A stretch of 64,000 nucleotides of DNA from Kiritimatiellia bacterium. Lineage in GTDB: Bacteria; Verrucomicrobiota; Kiritimatiellia; RFP12; UBA1067. The notes beneath the pieces were generated by a model, which was not told where the DNA came from, did not search any database, and saw nothing but the letters and a program-made list of their open reading frames with translations. The stretch is taken from contig JAFPUH010000004.1 in NCBI GenBank assembly GCA_017395505.1, positions 7,910 to 71,909 of the forward strand. The letters are read 5' to 3'. Positions 44,220 to 54,045 of the stretch are shown one piece after another. Within the stretch, counting starts at the first letter, position 1. Every line of letters starts with the position of its first letter. The position numbers and the translations under genes were made by a program.

Positions 44220-45863
44220 ATGGTTATCCTTCAGTTCAACAAGCTGATCCGCAACAAGTGGGTCTGGGGTGCGTTCGCGGTGGTGATCTCCGCGGCATTC
44301 TGTTTCGACGATCTGTTCACGACGCGCGAACGCGAGGAGCGCTCCGGCGGAACCGCCGGCTCGCTCGCGGGCGAAACCGTAAAGGCATCAGAATTCGCAA
44401 CCGTCGCTGACGACATACGCGGCCTTGGCCGCAACCGCGATTGGCGCCGCAAGACGAGCGAGGTCAACCGCCTCGCCTGGGAGACGCTCGCCGGAATCGC
44501 CGTCGCAAGGCGCGACGGCATCGAGGCGACCGACGCCGAGGTGCGCGAGATGATCCGCAACGACCGCTCCTTCGCGGTCAACGGCAGCTTCAGCTTCGCC
44601 CTGTACCAGCGCGTCCTGCGCGAGAACGCCGTGAGCCCCGAGCGCTTTGAGGACTTCCTTAAGCGCCGCCTTACGATGTCGCGCGTGGCCGATACGATGC
44701 TCGAGAGCGCTTCGTGGGTTTCGCCGATGGAGATCGACCGCGCTGTCGCCGACATGACCGACACCTTCACCGTCAGGGTTGCCCGCTTCACCCAGTCGCC
44801 TGAGGAAGCGGCGGCGGTAGCGCTTGACGACGACGGCTTGAGGAAGTGGTACGACGAGAACGTTTCTACGCTTGCCCTGCCCGAGCGTGTCAAGCTTCGC
44901 ATGGTCAAGTTCGACGCCACCAACGGGGATGTTCTTGCGAAGATGCCGGTCTCCGAAGATGACATGCGCGACTACTACGACTCCACGATCGACAAGTACA
45001 CCTCGACCGACACCAACGGCGTCGAGGTCGTGAAGTCCTTCGACGAAGTAAGGGGCGAGATCGAGCCTGAGCTCCGCCGCATCGCCGCAGTGCAGTACTT
45101 CGAGACGAATCTCAACCAGCGCGCCTATTCCGGCGTTGCCGACGCATCGGTTTCGCGTCTGGATGCGATCGCCGGCGAGGACGGTCTTTCAGTGTCCGTC
45201 AGCGACTGGTTCACGACCGGCGGCTCGTACGTCGACGGCTTCATGCGCCCGGCGTCCACCATCTGCCCGGGCTCCAGGGGCCTTGCCGAAATCGTCGCCG
45301 AACTCGATTCTTCGTCCGAGGATCTCCGCTATGGCGTCGTGAGTTCCGACAAGGCGGTCTGGCTCGTGGAGAAGGCCGAGGTCAGCCCGGCCCACACGCC
45401 CTCGTTCGAAGAGGCCAAGGATGTCATACGTCCCAGGGCGCTTCGCGCCGCCCAGGGTGATGCGTTCAAGGCGGCCGTCGAGGCTGTCGCTGCGCAGGGT
45501 GTTGATGCCGTTCTCGCCTCCGGCAACGTGTCGACAAACCTGACCTTCGCGGTCTGCGACCTCAAGGCCGGCGATTTCGCCGACCAGGGCGCCATCGCCT
45601 CCGCAGCACGCAAGCTTTCCAAGGGCGAGGTTTCCGGCTTCGTCCGCACAGGTTCCGGCGCAGGCCTTCTCGTCGTCTGCGACGACCGTACGCCCGGCGA
45701 CGCCGCCAAGGCCGCCCTGCTTGCCTCGCAGGTGCGCGACGAGGTCGCCAGCCTGCAGGCGGGACAGCTGCCGGAGGCATGGCGCAAGTGGAACCTCGAC
45801 CGCCTCGGCTTCGAGCCCACCGACCTCTCCGGCGTAGACGAGACGGCTGAAGAGGAAGAATGA
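44220..45863 (+). CDS. PpiD/SurA-N-like periplasmic chaperone; the parvulin motif is degenerate or uncertain
   Basis: N-terminal anchor [17 protein letters not shown] followed by a long helical chaperone-like region. The C-terminal ..[25 protein letters not shown] is parvulin-like. The position upstream of dut and def is not informative. Confidence 0.55.
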   Translation: MVILQFNKLIRNKWVWGAFAVVISAAFCFDDLFTTREREERSGGTAGSLAGETVKASEFATVADDIRGLGRNRDWRRKTSEVNRLAWETLAGIAVARRDGIEATDAEVREMIRNDRSFAVNGSFSFALYQRVLRENAVSPERFEDFLKRRLTMSRVADTMLESASWVSPMEIDRAVADMTDTFTVRVARFTQSPEEAAAVALDDDGLRKWYDENVSTLALPERVKLRMVKFDATNGDVLAKMPVSEDDMRDYYDSTIDKYTSTDTNGVEVVKSFDEVRGEIEPELRRIAAVQYFETNLNQRAYSGVADASVSRLDAIAGEDGLSVSVSDWFTTGGSYVDGFMRPASTICPGSRGLAEIVAELDSSSEDLRYGVVSSDKAVWLVEKAEVSPAHTPSFEEAKDVIRPRALRAAQGDAFKAAVEAVAAQGVDAVLASGNVSTNLTFAVCDLKAGDFADQGAIASAARKLSKGEVSGFVRTGSGAGLLVVCDDRTPGDAAKAALLASQVRDEVASLQAGQLPEAWRKWNLDRLGFEPTDLSGVDETAEEEE

Positions 45864-46288
45864 CGCTTCGGTTCAAGAGGATCCATCCCGATGCGGCGCT
45901 TCCGTCGTATGCGCACGCTAGCGATGCCGGGATGGATGTAAGAAGCGTGGAGGACGTGACCGTTCCCGCCAAGGGTCGCGTCCTCGTGCACACCGGGCTT
46001 GTCATGCTGCTGCCTCCGATGTTCGAGGCGCAGGTGCGCCCGAGGAGCGGACTTGCCCTGAAGCACGGCATAACGGTGCTGAACACCCCCGGCACCATCG
46101 ACGCCGGCTACCGCGGGGAGGTGGGCGTCATACTCGCCAACTTCGGCGACAGCGATTTCGAGGTCAGGAAGGGCGACAAGATCGCCCAGATAGTCGTCGC
46201 CCCCGTGCTTCAGGCGCAGATAGAGGAGGCGGACGGGATAGACGAGACGGACCGCGGTTCCGGCGGTTTCGGCTCTACGGGGGTTTGA
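45860..46288 (+). CDS. dut: dUTP diphosphatase
   Basis: [30 protein letters not shown] and [10 protein letters not shown]. There is an ATGA overlap with the upstream gene. Confidence 0.94.
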   Translation: MTLRFKRIHPDAALPSYAHASDAGMDVRSVEDVTVPAKGRVLVHTGLVMLLPPMFEAQVRPRSGLALKHGITVLNTPGTIDAGYRGEVGVILANFGDSDFEVRKGDKIAQIVVAPVLQAQIEEADGIDETDRGSGGFGSTGV

Positions 46289-46289
46289 C

Positions 46290-46835
46290 ATGGTTCTCAA
46301 GGTCTGCAAGTATGGTGACAAGGTGCTCCGCGAGAAGGCGGCGCCAGTTGCGGTCGTGACCGACGCTCTTCGCGCCCTGGCGGACGATATGGTCGAGACC
46401 ATGCACCACGCAAAGGGCGTCGGCCTTGCGGCCCAGCAGGTTGGGCGCACGGAGCGAGTGTGCGTCATAGACGTTCCGGAAGGGTGCGACGAGCCAGAGG
46501 ACGAGGTCTTCAACGCGCCGATTCCCATGCCTCTCAAAATGTGGAATCCAGAGATCGTCGCCCAGGAAGGGTGTGTCTGCGACAAGGAGGGCTGCCTAAG
46601 CTTCCCCGGCATAGGCGGTTCGCTTACGCGCGCGGCCCAGGTCACCGCGCAGTATATGGACGAGGAGAACCGTCCCCAGATGATTACGGCGCGCGGCTAC
46701 CTTGCGCGGGCGATTCAGCACGAGATCGACCATCTCAACGGAATTCTCTACATAGATCGCATGTCCGCCGTCGAAAGGCTGAACTACGCCGCCAAGCTCA
46801 AGAAGCTCGCCAAGGCGAACGGCGGCGTAAGGTAG
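46290..46835 (+). CDS. def: Peptide deformylase
   Basis: The three PDF motifs are present: GVGLAAQQVG, EGCLSFPG and HEIDHLNG. Confidence 0.95.
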   Translation: MVLKVCKYGDKVLREKAAPVAVVTDALRALADDMVETMHHAKGVGLAAQQVGRTERVCVIDVPEGCDEPEDEVFNAPIPMPLKMWNPEIVAQEGCVCDKEGCLSFPGIGGSLTRAAQVTAQYMDEENRPQMITARGYLARAIQHEIDHLNGILYIDRMSAVERLNYAAKLKKLAKANGGVR

Positions 46836-46869
46836 TTATAGCGCACAAGGTTGGTCGCACTTGTCCGTT

Positions 46870-46898
46870 TTGACGGATTCGGTGCTATTTGGTACAAT
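46870..46898 (+). promoter_or_regulatory. sigma70-like promoter candidate, TTGACG-17-TACAAT, upstream of tig-clpP-clpX
   Basis: TTGACG at 46870-46875, a 17-nt spacer, and TACAAT at 46893-46898. It lies in the 97-nt gap. Confidence 0.55.
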
Positions 46899-46932
46899 AT
46901 GCAAACTGATTTTTCCACCATAGGAGACTAGG

Positions 46933-48114
46933 ATGAAGACAGATACTAAGAAGTTGGACAAGTGTCAGGTCAAGTTGGTCGTTACCCTTGACGCGGAAGA
47001 GGCTGCCGCGTGCGTCAAAGAGGTCGAGAAGACTTTCGTCAAGGAGGCCCGCCTGCCCGGCTTCCGTCCGGGCAAGGCTCCTGTGGAGCTTATCCGCAAG
47101 CAGTTCGCCGCGCAGATCAAGGATGAAGTGCAGCGTACGATGTTCCGCAGGCACTACGCCGACGCCGTCAAGGCGGAGGGCGTCGATGAGGTGGCGCTTG
47201 CCGACGTGCAGGATGTAAAGTGCGACGCGACCGGCGGCGGATTCACCGCGATAATCGACGTCAAGCCGGTCTTCAAGCTGCCCGCCTACAAGGGCCTCAA
47301 GATCGCCCCGGCGAACGCCAAGGTGGAGGATTCCGCCGTTGCCGAGCAGATCGAGCGCCTCCGCGCCGCCTACGCGAAGTATGAGGACGCCAAGGAAGGC
47401 GAGACCGTTGCCGCCGGCGATTTCGTGCAGATCGACTATACTGGCACTGTCGACGGCAAGCCGATTCTCGAGCTTGCCCCCGACGCGAAGATCGTGGCCA
47501 GCGGCACGGGCTTCTGGACGCAGGTCGAGGAAGGGCGCTTCCTGCCCGAGATACTCGAGGCCGTGAAGGGCATGAAGGCCGGCGAGACGAAGGCCGAGGT
47601 CAAGGCGACGTTCGACAAGGCGTCTGCACCCGAGCCGCTCAAGGGCAAGAAGGCCGTCTACTCCGTCACGCTCAAGGCGTTCCGCCGCCGCGTGCTGCCG
47701 ACAGACGCCGAGTTCGCCGAGAAGGCGAAGGCCGAGAGCGTCGAGGCCCTCACGAAGACCATCCGCGAGTCGATGGAGAAGCAGGCTGTCGAGCAGGAGG
47801 CCGCACGCCGCGAGAACGACGCCGTCGAGATGCTGCTCAAGAAGGTCGACTTCGACGTTCCCCAGAGCCAGGTGCACCGCGCCATGGACGGCTACCTCAA
47901 CCAGCTTGCGCAGCGTGCGCAGTACGCCGGCCTCACGGCGGAGTACTTCGAGCAGAACCGCGAGAAGATTCTCAAGGACGCCGAGGAGAACGCGACCAGG
48001 CAGGTTCGCCTGTGGTATGTAATCGACGCCATCGCCGAGGCGGAGAAGATCGAGGCCAAGGGCGAGGAGCGCGGCAAGAAGGTTGTCGAATTCATTCTGG
48101 CCAACGCGAAATGA
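46933..48114 (+). CDS. tig: Trigger factor
   Basis: The ribosome-binding signature PGFRPGKAP is present. The FKBP-like middle region contains [15 protein letters not shown]. The gene sits in the classic tig-clpP-clpX order. Confidence 0.9.
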   Translation: MKTDTKKLDKCQVKLVVTLDAEEAAACVKEVEKTFVKEARLPGFRPGKAPVELIRKQFAAQIKDEVQRTMFRRHYADAVKAEGVDEVALADVQDVKCDATGGGFTAIIDVKPVFKLPAYKGLKIAPANAKVEDSAVAEQIERLRAAYAKYEDAKEGETVAAGDFVQIDYTGTVDGKPILELAPDAKIVASGTGFWTQVEEGRFLPEILEAVKGMKAGETKAEVKATFDKASAPEPLKGKKAVYSVTLKAFRRRVLPTDAEFAEKAKAESVEALTKTIRESMEKQAVEQEAARRENDAVEMLLKKVDFDVPQSQVHRAMDGYLNQLAQRAQYAGLTAEYFEQNREKILKDAEENATRQVRLWYVIDAIAEAEKIEAKGEERGKKVVEFILANAK

Positions 48115-48698
48115 AATCCTACATGATTCCCTATGTCGTCGAGCAGACGGGCAAGGGCGAGCGTACGTACGACATCTACTCGCGCCTCCTCCTCGACAGG
48201 ATCGTCTTCATATCGGGCGAGGTCAACGACGAGATGGCCAACGCCGTCTGCGCCCAGCTGCTCTTCCTGCAGTCGCAGGATCCGAAGAAGGACATCAACG
48301 TCTACATAAACTCTCCGGGCGGCAGCGTTACGGCAGGTCTCGCGATATACGACACGATGCAGTTCGTCAAATGCCCGGTCGCCACCTACTGCATAGGCCA
48401 GGCCGCGTCGATGGGCGCCGTTCTGCTGACAGCGGGCGCCAAGGGCAAGCGCCATGCGCTCCCCAATGCCCGCATAATGATACACCAGCCCTGGGGCGGG
48501 GCCGAGGGCAAGGCCAGCGACATAGAGATCACCGCCCGCGAGATACTGCGCCTCAAGGAGATACTCAACGGCATTCTTGCGAAGCACTCCGGGCAGAAGA
48601 TCGAGGATGTCGTCCGCGACACCGACCGCGACCACTTCATGAGCGCCGAGGACGCCATGGCGTGGGGGCTTATCGACAAGGTCGTCAATCCGTCCTGA
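48111..48698 (+). CDS. clpP: ATP-dependent Clp protease proteolytic subunit
   Basis: [52 protein letters not shown] and IMIHQP. ATG 48111 overlaps the tig TGA. The track start at 48012 lies inside tig. Confidence 0.95.
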   Translation: MKSYMIPYVVEQTGKGERTYDIYSRLLLDRIVFISGEVNDEMANAVCAQLLFLQSQDPKKDINVYINSPGGSVTAGLAIYDTMQFVKCPVATYCIGQAASMGAVLLTAGAKGKRHALPNARIMIHQPWGGAEGKASDIEITAREILRLKEILNGILAKHSGQKIEDVVRDTDRDHFMSAEDAMAWGLIDKVVNPS

Positions 48699-48706
48699 GC
48701 AACACG

Positions 48707-49918
48707 ATGAAGAAGAAGTCCGACGATCTGTTCTGCTCTTTCTGCGGACGCGGTTCGAGCGAGGTGGCGATAATACAGGGCTCCGACGGGGGCATCTGCG
48801 TAGATTGCGTAAAGCATGCCAACGAGATGGTGGAGCGCGCCGAGAAGAGGGCCGGCGGAGCGCCCGCCCTGCCGCCGACTCCCACCCCGCGCCAGATCAA
48901 GGAGTTTCTCGACCAGTTCGTGATCGGCCACGAGGAGACGAAGAAGGTGCTCTCCGTCGCCGTGCACAACCACTACCGCCGTCTAGAGGCGGCCGAGGCG
49001 GGAGAAGCCGACGACGGCGTCGAGATAGAGAAGTCGAACATCCTTCTCATCGGCCCCACGGGCACAGGCAAGACCCTGCTCGCCAGGACTCTCGCCAAGA
49101 TACTCGGCGTGCCGTTCGCCATAGGCGATGCGACGGTGCTGACCCAGGCCGGCTACGTCGGCGAGGACGTGGAGAACCTGGTGCGCTATCTTCTGCAGAA
49201 TGCCGACGGAAACGTCGAGCTCGCAAAGCGCGGCATAATCTATGTGGACGAGATCGACAAGATAGCCTCCAAGACGGACAACGTCTCCATCACGCGCGAC
49301 GTCTCCGGCGAAGGCGTGCAGCAGGCATTGCTCAAGATACTCGAGGGCACGATATGCCGTCTGCCGCCCAAGGGCGGGCGCAAGCATCCCGACCAGGAGT
49401 ATATCGAGGTCGACACATCCAACATCCTTTTCATCTGCGGCGGCGCGTTCGTCGGGCTCGACCGCATCGTCGGCGAGAGGACAGGCCGCCGTGCGATCGG
49501 CTTCGTCGAGGATGAGTCCGCCAAGGCCTCCGACGGCGAGATCAATCCTCTTGAAGTGCGCCCCGAGGACCTGGTAAAGTTCGGTCTCATACCCGAGTTC
49601 ACGGGACGTCTGCCAGTGATCACGTCCATGAAGGAGCTCTCCGAGGATGATCTCGTGCGCGTTCTTACCGAGCCGAAGAACTCCCTCGTGAAGCAGTACA
49701 CCAAGCTGCTCAAGATGGACGGCGTGAACCTTTCGTTCGAGCCAGACGCGCTGCGCGCCCTCGCCAAGAAGGCCCTCGAGCGCAAGACCGGCGCCCGCGG
49801 ACTCCGCGCCGAGATGGAGCGCCTGATGACCGACGTGATGTACGAGGCGCCCGGCAACGCGAAGATGAAGAACGTTGTCGTGACGGTCGATATGATACAG
49901 GAGAGGCTCGGATCATGA
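48707..49918 (+). CDS. clpX: ATP-dependent Clp protease ATP-binding subunit ClpX
   Basis: Zinc ribbon CSFCGR...CVDC. Walker [14 protein letters not shown], Walker [11 protein letters not shown], and GARGLR. Confidence 0.95.
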   Translation: MKKKSDDLFCSFCGRGSSEVAIIQGSDGGICVDCVKHANEMVERAEKRAGGAPALPPTPTPRQIKEFLDQFVIGHEETKKVLSVAVHNHYRRLEAAEAGEADDGVEIEKSNILLIGPTGTGKTLLARTLAKILGVPFAIGDATVLTQAGYVGEDVENLVRYLLQNADGNVELAKRGIIYVDEIDKIASKTDNVSITRDVSGEGVQQALLKILEGTICRLPPKGGRKHPDQEYIEVDTSNILFICGGAFVGLDRIVGERTGRRAIGFVEDESAKASDGEINPLEVRPEDLVKFGLIPEFTGRLPVITSMKELSEDDLVRVLTEPKNSLVKQYTKLLKMDGVNLSFEPDALRALAKKALERKTGARGLRAEMERLMTDVMYEAPGNAKMKNVVVTVDMIQERLGS

Positions 49919-50241
49919 TGCTTACCTTGCTTAAGGCGAAGCTCCACCGCATACGGGTGACGGAGGCTTGCCTGGATTACGAGGGCTCGCTTTCGCTCGA
50001 TCCCGACGACATGGAGGCCGTCGGCATCGTGCCCTACGAGAAGATACTTGTGGCCGACGTCGAGAACGGCAACCGATTCGAGACGTATGCGATAGAGGGT
50101 GCGCGCGGCAGCCATGTGTGCTGCTTGAACGGCGCGGCCGCCCACAAAGGCCGCGTCGGCGACAGGCTCATAGTGATGGCCTTCGCCCAATTCTCCCCCG
50201 AAGAGGCCGCCGGACACGTTCCGAAGGTTCTTCATTTCTGA
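49915..50241 (+). CDS. panD: Aspartate 1-decarboxylase
   Basis: [25 protein letters not shown] contains the G-S self-cleavage site. NGAAAH is also present. There is an ATGATG overlap with the clpX stop. Confidence 0.9.
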   Translation: MMLTLLKAKLHRIRVTEACLDYEGSLSLDPDDMEAVGIVPYEKILVADVENGNRFETYAIEGARGSHVCCLNGAAAHKGRVGDRLIVMAFAQFSPEEAAGHVPKVLHF

Positions 50242-50252
50242 GAAGAACACTC

Positions 50253-50281
50253 TTTACAAACGCGCAGAAGTTTGCGATAAT
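50253..50281 (+). promoter_or_regulatory. sigma70-like promoter candidate, TTTACA-17-GATAAT, upstream of the sialidase gene
   Basis: TTTACA at 50253-50258, a 17-nt spacer, and GATAAT at 50276-50281. GGAGG lies upstream of ATG 50308. Confidence 0.5.
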
Positions 50282-50307
50282 ATCCACATCTTGAAGGTAG
50301 GAGGTGT

Positions 50308-51438
50308 ATGATGAAAAGGCAACTTCTGGCGGTCGCGCTGGTTGCAGCGTCGGTGAATGCGCTCGCGGTCAGCGAGCAGACCATCCTTTGGAAGAACGGC
50401 GACGGCGGCATAGCCGTCTACCGCATCCCTGCGATATGCACCGCGCCCAACGGCGACTTGGTTGCGGTGTGCGACGCCAGAAGCCGCAACGGCGGCGACC
50501 TCAACATATACCAGCCGATCAACATCAGCTGCCGCCGCTCGTCCGACAACGGTGCGACGTGGAGCGATCCCGTGAACACGTGGACATGGCGCTGGGACGA
50601 GGAGGAGCAGTGGAGCGGCTCCGACCCCAGCCTCATCGTGGACGAGACGACCGGAACGATCTTCCTCTTCTACAACGTGTGGGAGTGGAAGCACCAGAAG
50701 GACATCTACCAGTTCTTCGTGCAGGAGTCGAAGGACAACGGCGCCACATGGTCGAAGCCTCGCGACATCTCGAAGGACATCGCATTCGAGGGGTGGAACT
50801 TTGGCGGCATGCGCGGCCAGGGCGGCTTCATCTTCATCTCTTCCGGCTCGGGAGTGCAGATGAAGGACGGCACGCTCATGCATACCATCGTGCGCGTGGG
50901 CGGTCCGACCGAGGTGGCTCTCTTCGGCTCAAGCGACCACGGCAAGACCTGGCGTCATTTCGGCAACCCTGTCAAGCAGGGCGACGAGTGCAAGTTCGTC
51001 GAGCTTGACGACGGCACGTGGATGATCAACTCCCGTTGCCAGGCCGGCAGCCGCGAGGTGCACCGCTCTACCGACCAGGGCAAGACCTGGACTTCCGAGA
51101 CCAACTACGATCTGCTCGACCCCGCCTGCAACGCTCAGCTCATGAAGTATCCTCTCGCCAGGGCGTCGGGTTCGGACAAGACCTCCAACGCCGATCTGCC
51201 CGAGCATGTGCTTCTCTTCTCGAACTGCAAGTCGCGCGGCCGCAACAACCTCTTCCTGCGTACGAGCTGGGACGACGGCAAGACCTGGACGCCTGGCGTG
51301 TCCATCGAGCCCGCCGGCGCGGCCTACTCCGATATGACGATCCTCAAGAACGGCGAGATCGGCGTGCTCTTCGAGGGCGCCGGCTATGCCACGATCCGTT
51401 TCTGCAGGCTTGAGCCCCGCGAGTTCCTCGCGAGGTGA
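50308..51438 (+). CDS. nanH: Exo-alpha-sialidase (GH33-like six-bladed propeller), secreted
   Basis: Signal peptide MMKRQLLAVALVAASVNALA. YRIP motif (IAVYRIPAI). Five Asp-boxes: SSDNGATW, SKDNGATW, SSDHGKTW, STDQGKTW, SWDDGKTW. Confidence 0.9.
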   Translation: MMKRQLLAVALVAASVNALAVSEQTILWKNGDGGIAVYRIPAICTAPNGDLVAVCDARSRNGGDLNIYQPINISCRRSSDNGATWSDPVNTWTWRWDEEEQWSGSDPSLIVDETTGTIFLFYNVWEWKHQKDIYQFFVQESKDNGATWSKPRDISKDIAFEGWNFGGMRGQGGFIFISSGSGVQMKDGTLMHTIVRVGGPTEVALFGSSDHGKTWRHFGNPVKQGDECKFVELDDGTWMINSRCQAGSREVHRSTDQGKTWTSETNYDLLDPACNAQLMKYPLARASGSDKTSNADLPEHVLLFSNCKSRGRNNLFLRTSWDDGKTWTPGVSIEPAGAAYSDMTILKNGEIGVLFEGAGYATIRFCRLEPREFLAR

Positions 51439-51480
51439 TACGGCGGCATAAGGCTTTAACCTTGGAAAGGTCCAGATAAC

Positions 51481-54024
51481 ATGAAGACAAGACTACTCGC
51501 CGTCGCGCTTTGCGCCACGTTGAATTCGTTCGCCACTCCGATCAGCGTCGAGTGGAAGGCTCCCGAGACAATGCCGGTCAGCGTGGCCAGGCCTTTCGCA
51601 GGTTTTCTGCCGGATGGTCGCTTTCTGGTGGCCGGCGGCACCGACTTCATCGTCGGAGAGGACGGTAGCCGCGTCAAGACGTGCTTCGATGCCGTCAGCG
51701 TGCGCGATGCGGACGGCAACTGGACCTCTGCCGGAGCGCTGCCCCATATCGTCGGCGAGGGCGTGTCGTGCGAGACCCCGCGCGGCATCTTCTGCGCTGG
51801 CGGGTATGACGGCGTTCAGGTGTTTTCAGACGCCTACATCCTCACGGGAGACTCCGTCGAGCCGCTACCCCAGCTGCCCCGCCAGGTTCTGATGGGCGCC
51901 GCCGCGTGCGACGGCGACAAGGTGTATGTCGTCGCCGGTCGCGAGATATACGCCCTGTCCCTGAAGGGCGGTGACGGATGGCAGCTCATCGCCGAGCTGC
52001 CCGGTCCCAACCGTTCGCAGATGGTTGCCGCGGTTCAGAACGGCGACCAGAAGGAGAAGCGCCTCGTCGTCTACGGCGGCTTCTCGCTTGAGGACAAGAC
52101 TCCGCTTCGCGATGGCTACGCCTATGTGATATCCAACGGCGACCTCATCAAGCTCTCCGACCTGCCCGAGGGCATGACAACCATCGGTGCAGCGTTCCTC
52201 CCCAGCGGACACCAGCACATCCTGCTCGTCGGCGGCTTTGGCTCGAAGGGCTGGGTCGCCCGTGCGATATACGGTTCGACAGAGACCGATCCAGTTGCTC
52301 TTGGCTGGCAGCGCAAGATTCTCGCCTACAACGCCGTCACCGACGCTTGGTGCGAATATGGCGAGATCGCCGAGGGTGATGTTCCGCGTTGCGGTGCCGC
52401 TGCCGGTCTCAAGCCCGGCAAGACGCCTGAGAGCTATACGCTCCTGATCGCCGGCGGCGAGAAGGCTCCCGCCCTCCGCACCAACACAGTTTCTGTCGCA
52501 AGCTTCAGGAAGATGGGCAAGTTCGGCGCTACCGCCTGGGGCGTCGTCGGCGTCTATGCCTTGCTGATGGTCGGCATGGCCTGCATATTCATCTTCAAGA
52601 AGAAGGACGAGAACGACTACTTTCGCGGCGGAAACAGGATTCCCTGGTACGTCGCCGGAATGTCGATCTTCGCCACGATGCTCTCCTCGATAACGTTCAT
52701 CGCGATCCCGACCCAGGCCTATCTGCAGGACTGGCGCTATTTTGTGATGGCGTTCTTCATCATAGGCATGGCTCCCGTCGCCATCTACTACTACCTGCCG
52801 TTCTTCTGCCGCCTCGGCATAACCTCGGCATACGAGTACCTCGAGAAGCGCTTCAACCTCGGCGTGCGCCTCTTTGGCTCGGCCGCGTTCGTAGTGTTCA
52901 TGGTCTGCCGCGTCGCTGTCGTGACCCTGCTGCCTGCCATTGCGCTCAACGCCGTGACCGGTGTATCCATAGACGCGTGCATCCTAATCTGCGGCATACT
53001 CACGATGATATACTGCTCGCTCGGTGGACTTGAGGCCGTCATCTGGTCCGACTTCGTCCAGGGTATCGTGCTCATGGGCGGCGCCGTCTCGGTGCTTGTC
53101 ATACTGATCATGAAGACCGGTCCCGACGGTGCTCACTTCTCGACCTTCTGGAACGTCGCCGACGCCTACGGCAAGAACAAGATGTGGGACTTCCGCCTGC
53201 TCTTCACACAGCCCGTCTTCTGGGTCGTGGCGGTTCAGGGCCTCATCTCGAACCTTTCGAGCTACACCTCCGACCAGTGCGTCATCCAGCGCTACATCGC
53301 CACGCCGGACGAGAACGCCACCAAGCGTTCGCTCTGGTTCAACGGCTGCATGAGCGTCTTCGCGCAGATCGTGTTCTACGGAATCGGCATGGCGCTCTTC
53401 GCGTTCTACCACACCCATCCGGAGGCGATGGACATCACCATGCCCAAGGGCGACTCCGTGCTGCCAATCTTCATGGCGACCGAGATGCCGCCGTGGCTCG
53501 CCGGTCTCGTCATTGCGGCCGTCTTCGCCGCCACGATTTCGACGCTTTCGGCGAACCTCTCCTCGGCGTCGACCGCTGTCGTAACCGACTTCATTAAGCG
53601 CTTCAAGCCTGACATCCCCGGCAAGACCCAGATCCGCTGCGGCCAGGTCTGCACATACGTCGTGGGCATCCTCGGCATCATGGCGGCGCTCACCCTTGCT
53701 CGCATGGAGTCGTCGGCGCTCTTCGACAACTTCAACAAGTACATCGCGATGCTGACGGCCGGCCTCACGGGACTCTTCTTCATGGGCGTATTCATGCCTC
53801 GCATCAAGGGCATGGCTGCGGTCTGCGGCCTTGCGGCGAACTACTTCGTCTGCTTCAGCTGCGAGATACTCCACTGCGACGTGTTCGGCCTGAAGTTCCA
53901 TCCGTTCCTGCTCGGCGGCATCGGCCTTGTGGTCTGCGTGCTCGTGGCCTACATCTGCTCGATCATCTTCCGCGAGAAGGGGCGTGACCTTACCGGCCTT
54001 ACGCTCAAGACGCTCAAGAAGTAA
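51481..54024 (+). CDS. Fusion protein: an N-terminal NanM-like Kelch propeller (sialic-acid mutarotase family) joined to a C-terminal sodium:solute symporter (SSS)
   Basis: Signal peptide MKTRLLAVALCATLNSFA. Kelch-like blades include ..FLVAGGTDF.., ..IFCAGGYDG.., ..VYVVAG.., ..LVVYGGF.., ..LLVGGFG.. and ..LLIAGGEKAPALRTNTV. The last of these parallels the C-terminus of E. coli NanM as I remember it. From about nt 52530 come 13 or so TM helices with an SSS-type start: YFRGGNRIPWYVAGMSIFATMLSSITFIAIPTQAY. Confidence 0.8.
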   Translation: MKTRLLAVALCATLNSFATPISVEWKAPETMPVSVARPFAGFLPDGRFLVAGGTDFIVGEDGSRVKTCFDAVSVRDADGNWTSAGALPHIVGEGVSCETPRGIFCAGGYDGVQVFSDAYILTGDSVEPLPQLPRQVLMGAAACDGDKVYVVAGREIYALSLKGGDGWQLIAELPGPNRSQMVAAVQNGDQKEKRLVVYGGFSLEDKTPLRDGYAYVISNGDLIKLSDLPEGMTTIGAAFLPSGHQHILLVGGFGSKGWVARAIYGSTETDPVALGWQRKILAYNAVTDAWCEYGEIAEGDVPRCGAAAGLKPGKTPESYTLLIAGGEKAPALRTNTVSVASFRKMGKFGATAWGVVGVYALLMVGMACIFIFKKKDENDYFRGGNRIPWYVAGMSIFATMLSSITFIAIPTQAYLQDWRYFVMAFFIIGMAPVAIYYYLPFFCRLGITSAYEYLEKRFNLGVRLFGSAAFVVFMVCRVAVVTLLPAIALNAVTGVSIDACILICGILTMIYCSLGGLEAVIWSDFVQGIVLMGGAVSVLVILIMKTGPDGAHFSTFWNVADAYGKNKMWDFRLLFTQPVFWVVAVQGLISNLSSYTSDQCVIQRYIATPDENATKRSLWFNGCMSVFAQIVFYGIGMALFAFYHTHPEAMDITMPKGDSVLPIFMATEMPPWLAGLVIAAVFAATISTLSANLSSASTAVVTDFIKRFKPDIPGKTQIRCGQVCTYVVGILGIMAALTLARMESSALFDNFNKYIAMLTAGLTGLFFMGVFMPRIKGMAAVCGLAANYFVCFSCEILHCDVFGLKFHPFLLGGIGLVVCVLVAYICSIIFREKGRDLTGLTLKTLKK

Positions 54025-54045
54025 AATCCAAGAGGATTCTCGTCC

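Noticed and set aside
46836-46870. Weak hairpin (ACAAG..CTTGT followed by CGTTTT) after def, considered as a terminator
   Set aside because: The stem is only about 5 bp, the loop is long and the T-tract is interrupted. This is not convincing enough to call.
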